DNA of 64,000 nucleotides from an uncultured bacterium (lineage in GTDB: Bacteria > Acidobacteriota > Thermoanaerobaculia > Multivoradales > JAHZIX01), in the NCBI GenBank assembly GCA_965368975.1, contig CBDUPA010000009.1, positions 96,001 through 160,000 on the forward strand, read 5' to 3'. The notes beneath the pieces were generated by a model. It did no database searches. It saw only the letters and a list, made by a program, of their open reading frames with translations, and was not told the DNA's origin. Each line of letters begins with the position of its first letter. Position 1 is the first letter of the stretch. Shown piece by piece: positions 30,214 to 39,375 of this stretch. The translations under genes and the position numbers were made by a program.

Positions 30214-32802
30214 CTACCCCGAGGGTGGGGCTGCCTCGTCATAGCCGATGCGGTCCGTGAGGATGATCCGAAGCTCACTGGTATAGCGCTGACCGTCCGC
30301 GTCCGGCAACCACGTCTCGTGCAGATCCGGCGACATCTCCGCCATCTTGACCTTGGTATCTTCCCCCTTGAGCAAGGTGGCGCGGATCGCCTTGGTCATC
30401 AGCTCGACGTAAATGAGGCTCGAAAAGTCGACGTAGATCGGCTTCAGCTCGGTAGCTACACGGAAGAACACGCGCTGCGGCAGCCCGTGACGACGCCACC
30501 AGTCGCGCGCACCGGCAAAGCGCGCGGCGGGCGTCGCGGCGTGCACGAAGTCCATGTCACGACCCTCGAACACCCAACTTTCCCGGTGCGCGATCAGGTT
30601 GTCCAGCCACACGCGCGGCCAGTGATCAGCGGCTCCCAGGATGTTGCAGCGACTGACGATCCCGTAGGTCAGGAAATGGGCCAGTGCCTCGGTGATGTCG
30701 AGGTCCACGTCGTCGTCGACCAGGGAGCGCAGGCGGACGCCGGCGTCGGTCTTGACCACCACCAGATCTTCGGGCTCCAGACGCTGCTCGGCCGGGATGT
30801 CCGTGGATCGCCCGATCGAGGCCACCACGCGATCTCGCCGCGGGACGATGATCGGGCCGAAGCGGGTGATGTAGTCCGAAGCGGTCGGGCCCGTGATGTG
30901 GAACTTGCCCAGCTGCAGGTCGCTTTCCAGCAGCCCTTTCACCGCTTCGATGTCCGGATGTTGCGCGCCGAACAACCACACACTGAGCGAGTTGTAGGCA
31001 ATATGCAGCTCGCCGAGCACGGCGTGAAAGTCGCCGCGCGCCAAAGCTTCGGCACTCTCGGCGGCGAGCATCACGTCCGGAGAGAGGTAGCGGGCACCTT
31101 CCCAACCCGGAAGGTCGGCGGCAAAGGCCTCCTCGACGCGGGCGCGTAGGTCCGCTGAATTGCGCCGGATCTCCGTGACGGGATCGTTCGGCTGAAGCTC
31201 TAGAATCTCCTGCCAGCGGCGCTGATACTCGCTCACCACGTCCTTGGAAAAGGCGTTGACGTTGTCGTTACTGAGCTGCATCGACATCGGTGGCCAGAAG
31301 CTGGCCACGGGCACCTCGTCTCCATGGAAGAGCGAGAGTTCACGCAGCACCGGCTCGATGACCTGGCGCATGGCGTCGGCGACCTCGCGGGTGAGCCAGC
31401 GCAGACTGAAGAGAATCAACGACAGCGGCTCGGCGATGGTGTTGCGCACCTGCGGCCCCAGCTCGACGACCCCGGCGCGCAGACAGTCCTCGTAGGTCAA
31501 GGTGCGGGCGGCGTAGTCCTCGCCTGCACCCCGCGTCGGCGCCGTATCGGTCAGGCGAGTGAACGTCTTGGCGAGATCTTGGATCGCCGCTTCCAAGCGT
31601 GCCGGATCGCCCGCCGCTTCGGCAATGGCGCGGCGCCCTTGTTCGAACTCGTCGATCCGCGCCAGGCACCGGGCACGTAGCTCCGGGTCACCGAAGCTCT
31701 CGACCTGGTCGCGCACGGCGTCGAGAGTGAACGGCCCGGCCGGCAGCACGAAGTCCCAGCCCAGCGAACCTTCGCGGCGGAAGTGGTCGAGTTGTTCCCG
31801 GACCTCCTCCGGCGTGGTGTAGCCACATTCCGGGTCGGCAGCCAGATCCTGACACAGCTGCCAGGCGGTCCGTTCTCCGTCCAGGGCGTCGAGCAGCGCG
31901 ATCTGATCGTCGTCGACCAGCAATGCCGGCCCCATCGGGTGGATCAAGCGACCTTCGTCGTCGATCGTGTGCAGAGGCAGCAGCTGCGGCCGCAGCCAGG
32001 CGCGCGTGTCTTCCAGTTCGAGCAACGTGCGGGCCAGCTCGACGACCGCCCAGCACTCGAAATAGACCGTGCGCCGGGCCAGCAGATCGTCTGCCGGTTC
32101 CACCCGCGCGATCAGGTCTGGGTCTTCGCTCCAATCCACCCAGCCAACAGGACCGAAGAAGCCGATGGTGTCGTTCTTGACGGTGTAGCGCTGGACGTAC
32201 TTGGCGACCAGCTCTTCCTTCTGGCGCTGGCCGCTGGAAGTGTCCGCCGGATCGGCGTCCAGCAGCTTGTGCAGCGCCGTCTTGTAGGCGTGGTGGTTCT
32301 GCCACAGCACGGCCTCCTGGAAGCGCGCGTCAGCGGCGATGTCCTGCAGCCGTCGACTCTGCTCCGTGTGGGTCTGCGAGAAGGCCGCCTCGAAGGCGGC
32401 CTGCGCCGCCGCTTCTTCGTCACGGGCAGCGACGACCGCGTCGACGGTAGCCGCCGCCAGGACCTCCGCGAGGCGCGCGTGCAGCTTGCCCTTCTTGAGC
32501 TTCTCGAGCGACTTGAGCAACAGCTTGCGGCGCGGCTGGTTGGCGTCGCTGCGCTCCAACCCGTCGAGGCTCGCGCGCAGCGCGTCGCATGCCACTTCCT
32601 GAGCGGCTGCCCGTCGCTGCCGTGCCTCTGCGAGGCGGTCGGCGGCGGCAGCGCACCCCGGGAAGCTCAAACGCTGCACCAGGGCCGTAGGAAAGCCGGT
32701 GCCGCGCAGACCAGCCCAGCGCCAGGCTGTCCATTCATCGCGGAACGGTACGTGATTGCGAGGGACGGAAACCGTCACTGGACACTGCACTGGGCACTGC
32801 AC
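30214..32802 (-). CDS. PEARL-like small LanB, copy A (first transcribed)
   Basis: GGAGGA RBS then GTG at 32802 (alternatives at 32790 and 32778); KYVQRYTVKNDTIGFFGP; LGELH; RYTSELR. Confidence 0.88.
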   Translation of the reverse strand: MQCPVQCPVTVSVPRNHVPFRDEWTAWRWAGLRGTGFPTALVQRLSFPGCAAAADRLAEARQRRAAAQEVACDALRASLDGLERSDANQPRRKLLLKSLEKLKKGKLHARLAEVLAAATVDAVVAARDEEAAAQAAFEAAFSQTHTEQSRRLQDIAADARFQEAVLWQNHHAYKTALHKLLDADPADTSSGQRQKEELVAKYVQRYTVKNDTIGFFGPVGWVDWSEDPDLIARVEPADDLLARRTVYFECWAVVELARTLLELEDTRAWLRPQLLPLHTIDDEGRLIHPMGPALLVDDDQIALLDALDGERTAWQLCQDLAADPECGYTTPEEVREQLDHFRREGSLGWDFVLPAGPFTLDAVRDQVESFGDPELRARCLARIDEFEQGRRAIAEAAGDPARLEAAIQDLAKTFTRLTDTAPTRGAGEDYAARTLTYEDCLRAGVVELGPQVRNTIAEPLSLILFSLRWLTREVADAMRQVIEPVLRELSLFHGDEVPVASFWPPMSMQLSNDNVNAFSKDVVSEYQRRWQEILELQPNDPVTEIRRNSADLRARVEEAFAADLPGWEGARYLSPDVMLAAESAEALARGDFHAVLGELHIAYNSLSVWLFGAQHPDIEAVKGLLESDLQLGKFHITGPTASDYITRFGPIIVPRRDRVVASIGRSTDIPAEQRLEPEDLVVVKTDAGVRLRSLVDDDVDLDITEALAHFLTYGIVSRCNILGAADHWPRVWLDNLIAHRESWVFEGRDMDFVHAATPAARFAGARDWWRRHGLPQRVFFRVATELKPIYVDFSSLIYVELMTKAIRATLLKGEDTKVKMAEMSPDLHETWLPDADGQRYTSELRIILTDRIGYDEAAPPSG

Positions 32803-32810
32803 TGGGCACT
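32776..32810. repeat. 12-bp tandem repeat x3 (CACTGGRCACTG) spanning the start of PEARL copy A
   Basis: Read directly from the sequence; the third copy is one base short. Confidence 0.9.
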
Positions 32811-32883
32811 CCTCCACAAGGTACGAACGAAAGCGTATCGACAGCTCAAATCAATGCCGCGGGGGGCAAAACAGGGCGCTAGC

Positions 32884-35061
32884 CTAACCCACTCGGAGTC
32901 GAACATCCACCGCCAGACAGGCTTGCGGATCCTCGCTGGCCAGGAAGGGATTGATGTCCAGCTCGCGCACGGCCGGGTGGCGTTCGGCCAGCTGGGCCAA
33001 GCGCAGCAGCGTGTCCTCGAGCCGCGACAGGTCCACCGGCGCGTCGCCGCGCACGCCTTCGAGCAACGGGAAGCCGCGTATGCCACGGATCATCTCGCCC
33101 GCCTCGGGCGGGGCCAGTGGCGTGACACCGAAGCGGACGTCGTGGAAGACTTCGACGTAGCGGCCGCCGAGGCCGAACATCAGGAGCGGCCCGAAGCGCG
33201 GGTCGGTCGAGATGCCGAAAATCACCTCCCGGCCCCCATGCACCATGCGCTGCAGCAGGTACCCCTCGGCCTGCAGACCTGCCGCGGCCAGCTGCTGCGT
33301 CATGGTGGCGAGCGCTTGCTCGACGGCAGCCTCGTCGGCCAGGTCGACGGCCACCGCTCCCGCGTCACTCTTGTGCACCAGGCCCGGCACCTCCGCCTTC
33401 AGCACCAGCGGGAAACCGACGTCTCGCGCCGCGGCGACGACGGCATCGGCGGTGTCGACGATGCGCCACGGCGCCACCGGAATGCCGTACAGCTCGAGCA
33501 CGCGGAAGGCGTCGGCGGCGGGTAGGTAGCCGTCGCTGGTACCGGCCAGTAGCGCCGCCACCGCCGCATCGTCGACGTCGAAGGGCGCCGGCGCCGCCTG
33601 CGGCCGCTGGCGCCAGGCGGCATAGCGGGCCAGGTGAGCGAGGGCGCCAGCGGCATCCTCGGGGAAGTGGTAGATCGGCGGTAGATCGTGGCGGCCCTCG
33701 ATCTCTTCGTAGAACTCCTCGGTCGCCATCACCACGGCCAGCACAGGTTTACCCACGACTGGCTTGCCCACGACGGGCTTGCCGCTGGCGTCGTGGTACC
33801 GCGCACAGGCAGCGGCGACGGCTTCGATCACATCCTTGGGATTGGTGGCCAGCGGCGTGACGTTGATCACCATCACCAGGTCGACCTCGTCATCCTCCAA
33901 CACCACCTCGACGCTGCGGCCGTAGGCCTCGGCCCCAGCGGAGGCGATCATGTCGACCGGATTGGCCGTGCTCGCCTCCGGTGGCAGGAACGACGCCAGC
34001 TTCTGCCGGCTGGCTGGCGTCAGCGTCGCGATCTCCAACCCCAGGTTGACGGCGGCGTCCGTGGCCATGATGCCCGGCCCGCCGGCGTTGGTGACAATGG
34101 CCAGGCGGCGTCCACGTGGCAGGGGGCAGCAATCGAAGGCACGAGCGACATGGAACAGCTCGGCGATCGAACTGACGCGCTGCACGCCGCAGTGTTCGAG
34201 GAAGGTGGAGACGGTGAGATCGGTACCGGCCAGAGCGCCCGTGTGACTGCTGGCGGCGCGGGCCCCCTCGGCAGTGCGCCCCGACTTGACGATCAGGATC
34301 GGCTTGCGCCGGCTCACCCGCTTGGCAATCTCGGTGAAGCGGCGCGGGTTGCCGAACGACTCCAGGTACATGGCGATCACCCGCGTCGCCTCGTCTTCCT
34401 CCCAGTACTCCAGCAGGTCGTTGCCCGAGACGTCCGCCTTGTTGCCCACCGAGACGAACTGCGTCAAGCCGATGCCGAGATCCGCCGCAACGTTCAGGAT
34501 GGCGACGCCGAGGGCACCGGACTGGCTGACAAAGCCGATCGAACCGGCGCGTGCCGGCGGCGGCGCGAAGGTCGCGTTGAGCGACATCGACGGGTCGGTG
34601 TTGATCACCCCCATGCAATTCGGCCCCACCATGCGTACACCCGCCGCCCGCACCCGCTGCTGGAGCTGCCGCTCCAGCTCCGCGCCCTCCGCGCCCGTCT
34701 CACTGAACCCAGCGGTGATCACCACCAGGCCGCGCACCCCGGCGGCCAGGCAGTCCTCGAGAGCTTCCAGGACCCAGCGCCGCGGTACCACCAGGATGGC
34801 CAGGTCGACCGGATCCGGAATCGCCGCCACCGACGGGTAGCACTTCAGCGAGTGGATCACCTGCGCATTCGGATTGACCGGGAAGACGGCGCCCGAGAAC
34901 TCGTTGATCAGCAGGTTGTGCAGCAGCGCGAAGCCGATCGAGTCGGGATTGCGCGAAGCACCGACCACCGCCACGGAGCGGGGTTCGAAGATCGCCGCCA
35001 GGCCTTGCGAGCCGAGCATCGTCACTGCGGTGGGGTCGGCGGGATGAGCATCGCGCGTCAT
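32884..35061 (-). CDS. Acyl-CoA synthetase (NDP-forming) / acetate-CoA ligase family protein
   Basis: PRSVAVVGAS, GPNCMG, SQSGA, SVGNKAD, AASSHTGA (phospho-His), NPVD, ATP-grasp HKSD...ELDINP. Confidence 0.9.
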   Translation of the reverse strand: MTRDAHPADPTAVTMLGSQGLAAIFEPRSVAVVGASRNPDSIGFALLHNLLINEFSGAVFPVNPNAQVIHSLKCYPSVAAIPDPVDLAILVVPRRWVLEALEDCLAAGVRGLVVITAGFSETGAEGAELERQLQQRVRAAGVRMVGPNCMGVINTDPSMSLNATFAPPPARAGSIGFVSQSGALGVAILNVAADLGIGLTQFVSVGNKADVSGNDLLEYWEEDEATRVIAMYLESFGNPRRFTEIAKRVSRRKPILIVKSGRTAEGARAASSHTGALAGTDLTVSTFLEHCGVQRVSSIAELFHVARAFDCCPLPRGRRLAIVTNAGGPGIMATDAAVNLGLEIATLTPASRQKLASFLPPEASTANPVDMIASAGAEAYGRSVEVVLEDDEVDLVMVINVTPLATNPKDVIEAVAAACARYHDASGKPVVGKPVVGKPVLAVVMATEEFYEEIEGRHDLPPIYHFPEDAAGALAHLARYAAWRQRPQAAPAPFDVDDAAVAALLAGTSDGYLPAADAFRVLELYGIPVAPWRIVDTADAVVAAARDVGFPLVLKAEVPGLVHKSDAGAVAVDLADEAAVEQALATMTQQLAAAGLQAEGYLLQRMVHGGREVIFGISTDPRFGPLLMFGLGGRYVEVFHDVRFGVTPLAPPEAGEMIRGIRGFPLLEGVRGDAPVDLSRLEDTLLRLAQLAERHPAVRELDINPFLASEDPQACLAVDVRLRVG

Positions 35062-35076
35062 GAAACGTCCTTCTCC

Positions 35077-36027
35077 TTAGCTATCGACGGGTGTGAGGCG
35101 GCTTGCGGGCATCAAGATCTGCAGCGCCGCCGGTGCGATGCGGAGGCGCACCGGTAGCTTCCAGGATAGTGGATCGCCGTCGAGTTGCAGCCGCACCCCC
35201 TCTGGGCCACGCAACCGCACCTCGCGCACTGTCGCACGTTCGAGGCCGGGCCGACCCCCGGCGACACCGAGCACCGTCGCCAGGGCGAGCTTGAGCGTCG
35301 ACCAGCGATCCCGCTGCCGCAGCAGGACGAGATCGAGCAGCCCGTCGTCCGGACGCGCGCGCGGCGCCAGCCGGAACGGCCCACCGTAGAGCGGTATGTT
35401 GCACACTGCGGCGAACGAGCCGGTCGCTGGCAACCCTGCCAGCGGCGGCTCCTGGTCCACCACCTCGACCTCGATCTCCGCATAGCTGTAGCGGCCCCAT
35501 TCGAGCAGCCCGCGCAGCAGCAGCCCACCGGCCCCGAAGGCGGCCTTCAGGCGGGCATTCTGCTGCGCCAGAATGTGGCCATCGAGCCCGGCGGAACACA
35601 TCATCAGGAACGGCTCCTCCCGCGACGCATCCGCCTCCGGCGCGCACAAACCGACGTCGAACGGCTGTGGCCGCAGCGCCCCAGCCTGCTCGGCGGCGCG
35701 CAGCGCATGGGCCGGCAGACCGAGGGCGCGCGGCAGCACGTTGGCGGTGCCCGCGGCCAGGATGCCGAGAGTGGTCGAGCTACCGAGCAGACCGCGCGCG
35801 GTCTCACGCTGGGTGCCGTCACCGCCGAGCGCGAAGGCGACCTCGGCCCCGGCCTCGACCGCCTCGCGTGCCAACCGCGTGGCGTCGCCCGGTCCCTGCG
35901 TCGGCCGGGGCTCGACGTCGAAGCCGGCCGCCCGCAGCAGACTCGGTAGCTGAAGCGCCAGGCGCCGCGCCCGACGACGGCCAGCCATCGGGTTGAAGAT
36001 CAGAACGGCGGGGCGTAGAGCAGTCAA
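35077..36027 (-). CDS. Diacylglycerol/lipid kinase family protein
   Basis: NPMAG, GGDGT, GTANV, LYGG, DDGLLD, QLDGD. Confidence 0.88.
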   Translation of the reverse strand: MTALRPAVLIFNPMAGRRRARRLALQLPSLLRAAGFDVEPRPTQGPGDATRLAREAVEAGAEVAFALGGDGTQRETARGLLGSSTTLGILAAGTANVLPRALGLPAHALRAAEQAGALRPQPFDVGLCAPEADASREEPFLMMCSAGLDGHILAQQNARLKAAFGAGGLLLRGLLEWGRYSYAEIEVEVVDQEPPLAGLPATGSFAAVCNIPLYGGPFRLAPRARPDDGLLDLVLLRQRDRWSTLKLALATVLGVAGGRPGLERATVREVRLRGPEGVRLQLDGDPLSWKLPVRLRIAPAALQILMPASRLTPVDS

Positions 36028-36071
36028 CGTGGTGCTTCGCGCAATGGGTATCGGTCCGCAGCCGGGCCTTT

Positions 36072-37112
36072 TCAGTCTTCGAACAGGCTGCCCGTGGTGC
36101 CGGGACGCACCGGATAGCCAAGATGGCGGTAAGCCCGGCGCGTGGCGACACGGCCGCGTGGCGTGCGCTGCAGGAAACCTTCCTGGATCAGATAGGGCTC
36201 GTAGAAGTCCTCCAGCGTGCCGCGATCTTCCCCCACCGCCGCCGCCAGCGCCCGCAGGCCGGCCGGCCCACCGTCGTAGTGTTCGATCAGCACACTGAGG
36301 ATCTTGCGGTCCAGCTCGTCGAAGCCGAACTCGTCGACCTCCAGCAGTGCCAGCGCACTGCGGGCGGTTTCGAGATCCACCACACCGTCAGCCTCGACCT
36401 GGGCGAAGTCGCGCACGCGCCGCAGCAGGCGATTGGCGATACGCGGCGTGCCTCGGCTACGGCGCGCGATCTCCTCGGCACCCTCGGCCTCCATCGGGAT
36501 TTCCAGCAGACCGGCCGAACGGCGAACGATGGTCTCGAGGTCCGCCGGACTGTAGAAGTCCAGGCGCTGCACGATACCGAAGCGTGCGCGCAGCGGCGGC
36601 GAGATCATGCCCGCGCGCGTGGTCGCCCCCACCAGCGTGAAGCGTTGCAACGGCACCTCGATGGTCTGCGCCGCCGGCCCCTGGCCGATCACCAGGTCGA
36701 GGCGATAGTCCTCCAGCGCCGGATACAAGATCTCCTCGACCGTCGACCCCAGGCGATGGATCTCGTCGACGAACAGCACCTCCCCGGCCTCCAGGTTGGT
36801 CAGGATCGCGGCCAGGTCCCCGGCCTTCTCCAGCACCGGCCCCGAAGTGACGCGGATCGGCACATGCATCTCCTGAGCGACGATGTGCGCCAGCGTCGTC
36901 TTGCCCAGGCCCGGCGGCCCGAACAGCAGCACGTGATCCAGGGGCTCGCGGCGCTGCAAGGCAGCACGGATCGACACGTCGAGGTTATCCACGACCTTGG
37001 TCTGCCCAACGTACTCGTCGAGCAGACGCGGGCGCAGTGACGGCTCGGCGATCAGGTCGTCGTCGTGCGGCGCGCCGGACAGTAGGAAAGGATCGGGCTC
37101 CATCAAAGTCAT
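36072..37112 (-). CDS. ruvB: Holliday junction branch migration ATPase RuvB
   Basis: [41 protein letters not shown]. Confidence 0.97.
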   Translation of the reverse strand: MTLMEPDPFLLSGAPHDDDLIAEPSLRPRLLDEYVGQTKVVDNLDVSIRAALQRREPLDHVLLFGPPGLGKTTLAHIVAQEMHVPIRVTSGPVLEKAGDLAAILTNLEAGEVLFVDEIHRLGSTVEEILYPALEDYRLDLVIGQGPAAQTIEVPLQRFTLVGATTRAGMISPPLRARFGIVQRLDFYSPADLETIVRRSAGLLEIPMEAEGAEEIARRSRGTPRIANRLLRRVRDFAQVEADGVVDLETARSALALLEVDEFGFDELDRKILSVLIEHYDGGPAGLRALAAAVGEDRGTLEDFYEPYLIQEGFLQRTPRGRVATRRAYRHLGYPVRPGTTGSLFED

Positions 37113-37126
37113 TCTACCCGCGGTGC

Positions 37127-38590
37127 TCAGGACTCCACGGGCGTGCTACGCAAGTACTCGACGAAGTTGCGCAGATGACGCAGCGCCCCCTCCCGCCCGT
37201 GCGCGGCCACCAGGTCGAACAGCGACGGCCCCGCCTTGCTGCCGCTGAGCGCCATGCGCGTCGGATGGATCAACACCCCAGCCTTGACGCCCAGCTCGTC
37301 GGCGGTGGCCCGCAGTGCTGTTTCCAGCGGCTCGACCTCGAAGGCGTCGAGCGCGGCGTAGGCATCGATCAGGCGTTCGACCTGCTCGGGCAGCTCGTCC
37401 TGCTTGAAGAACTTGGCGCACAGCTCGGCGTCGTAGTCCAGCCGCTCCTGGAAGTACGGCTTGACCACCTCGGCCAGTTCCGCCAGCGTGCGCGTGCGCG
37501 TGCGGTGCAGCTCGAGCGCCTGACGCAGTCGCGGCTGCTGCGCCTCGTCGAGATCGCCGAGACCGGCGGTGTCGAGGAAGGGCTGCAGGTAGGGCATCAG
37601 CTCGTCTAGCGGCTGGCCGGACATGTACTGCGCGTTCATCCAGCCCAGCTTGTCGACGTCGAACACCGCGGCCGAGCCGTTCAGTCGCTCGACGGTGAAC
37701 AGCTCGATCATCTGCTCGCGGCTCATCTGCTCCAGGTCGCCCCCCGGCGACCAGCCGAGCAGCGCCAGGTAGTTGTACAGCGCCGCTGGCAGCAGTCCCT
37801 GGTCGCGGAATTCCTCCACCGACGTCGCGCCGGTACGCTTGGACAGACGCTTCTTGTCCGGCCCCATGATCAGCGGTAGGTGGGCGAAGACCGGCGTCTC
37901 GGCAGCCAGCGCCCGGAACAGCTCGATGTGCTTGGGCGTGTTGGAGAGGTGATCCTCACCGCGGATGACGTGGCTGACCGTCATCTCGACGTCGTCGCAC
38001 ACCACCGACAGGTGGTAGGTGGGCGAACCATCGGAACGCAGGATGATGAAGTCGTCGAGGTTGGCCGCCGGGATCGTCATGTCGCCGCGCACCAGGTCGT
38101 GGAAGCAGACGTCCGCGTCGCCACTCTTGAAGCGCACCGCGTACGGTTCGCCCGAGTTCAGGCGCCGCTCGACCTCTTCCGGAGATGGCCGCTCGAACAG
38201 GTCCCGGTAGCGCGCCGGCTGGCTCGCCTTGACCGCCGCCTGCCGCCGCGCGTCCATCTCCTCCTGCGGCACCTGGCACGGATACGCCTTGCCCTCCGCC
38301 AGCAGCCGCTGCGCCGCCTCGCGGTGACGTTCGACGCCCTCGCTCTGCAGGAACGGCCCTTCGTCCCACTCGATGCCGATCCAGCGCAGGCCACCGCAGA
38401 TCTGCTCGATCATCGCCTGATCCGAACGCGCGCGGTCGGTGTCCTCGATGCGCAGAATGAACGCGCCGCCCAGGTTCTGTCGCAGCAGCTCGTTGTAGAT
38501 CGCGGTTCGGGCGCCGCCGACGTGGAGGAAACCAGTCGGCGACGGGGCGAAGCGGACGCGCACGGGTCCCCGCAGTGCGGTCTTGCTCAT
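37127..38590 (-). CDS. gltX: Glutamate--tRNA ligase
   Basis: [34 protein letters not shown], plus a C-terminal anticodon-binding domain. Confidence 0.95.
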   Translation of the reverse strand: MSKTALRGPVRVRFAPSPTGFLHVGGARTAIYNELLRQNLGGAFILRIEDTDRARSDQAMIEQICGGLRWIGIEWDEGPFLQSEGVERHREAAQRLLAEGKAYPCQVPQEEMDARRQAAVKASQPARYRDLFERPSPEEVERRLNSGEPYAVRFKSGDADVCFHDLVRGDMTIPAANLDDFIILRSDGSPTYHLSVVCDDVEMTVSHVIRGEDHLSNTPKHIELFRALAAETPVFAHLPLIMGPDKKRLSKRTGATSVEEFRDQGLLPAALYNYLALLGWSPGGDLEQMSREQMIELFTVERLNGSAAVFDVDKLGWMNAQYMSGQPLDELMPYLQPFLDTAGLGDLDEAQQPRLRQALELHRTRTRTLAELAEVVKPYFQERLDYDAELCAKFFKQDELPEQVERLIDAYAALDAFEVEPLETALRATADELGVKAGVLIHPTRMALSGSKAGPSLFDLVAAHGREGALRHLRNFVEYLRSTPVES

Positions 38591-38620
38591 GATGTCGTTT
38601 CTCCGAAGGGGGTTGTGAAA

Positions 38621-39226
38621 TCAGCCAGGAGTGGTGCTTGGACGCGCGCCGGTGGCCTCATGGGAAGGATCGTCGAGGTTGACACCGCGGCGCGAAAGCA
38701 ACCGGCGCAACCGACCATACAGCCCTTCCCCGAGCAGGCCGCGGCCGGCGGCAGTGAGATTTTGCAGCACGGAATGGAGGTCTTGCGAGCCGCTCCAGTG
38801 CTTGAGAGCATGGCGTTCCAGCTCTGGATCGAACGTATTCGCCAGCACCGCGATCGCCAGCACGAGGTCGTCCATGAACCCGGCCGGCCCAACCAGTGCC
38901 TCGGGCCACAGGTCGAACGGCAGGACGAAGTAGAGCAGCGCGCCCCCGATCAACGCGCGCGACCGCTCCGGCACCTCGCGGTCGAGCATCAGGCGCACCA
39001 GCAGCATGAAGACGTCCGGCACCAGCAGCAGCGCTTGCGCCGTCTGCTCCCCGAGCTTGCCGGCCTTCTTCTCGACGGTGCCGAGCACGCGCTGGCGCAG
39101 GCGGTCGTAGAAGTTGAGCAGCCGCGATTGCTGCAGCGCCGGCAGCTCGGAGGGGGCCGAGGTGGGCAGCAGTTCAGCGTCGAGGGGTTCGTCGAGTGGT
39201 CCGGCTGGGGCCGGGGTCGTGCTCAT
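38621..39226 (-). CDS. YkvA/DUF1232 family membrane protein
   Basis: LLLVPD.FMLL.RL..D..VP...ALLYFVLPFDLWPE...GFMDD. Start moved to the ATG at 39226. Confidence 0.8.
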   Translation of the reverse strand: MSTTPAPAGPLDEPLDAELLPTSAPSELPALQQSRLLNFYDRLRQRVLGTVEKKAGKLGEQTAQALLLVPDVFMLLVRLMLDREVPERSRALIGGALLYFVLPFDLWPEALVGPAGFMDDLVLAIAVLANTFDPELERHALKHWSGSQDLHSVLQNLTAAGRGLLGEGLYGRLRRLLSRRGVNLDDPSHEATGARPSTTPG

Positions 39227-39285
39227 CAGGACGATGGTACCACTGGGCGGGGGAGGGGGAGAGGGGCGTGCCGTTGCCCTCTGGT

Positions 39286-39311
39286 GTAGGGGTAGGCCCA
39301 TGTGCCTACCC
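39286..39311 (+). repeat. GTAG-type REP-like palindrome at the left edge of the NACHT/DGR island
   Basis: GTAGGGGTAGGCCCATGTGCCTACCC, same pattern as the elements at 20095-20163. Confidence 0.55.
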
Positions 39312-39375
39312 TGCGGCGACAGCCGCATCCGGATCCGGCCCCTGCCCCGCATCCGGTTAAGATGGGCGGCAGATC

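Noticed and set aside
22537-32802. Class I lanthipeptide or thiopeptide cluster
   Set aside because: No elimination domain, LanC, YcaO, precursor or transporter is visible; the motifs fit PEARL-like small LanBs.
30156-32883. Scaffold peptide in the PEARL intergenic gaps
   Set aside because: The gaps (30156-30213 and 32803-32883) are too short and show no convincing RBS-led small ORF.
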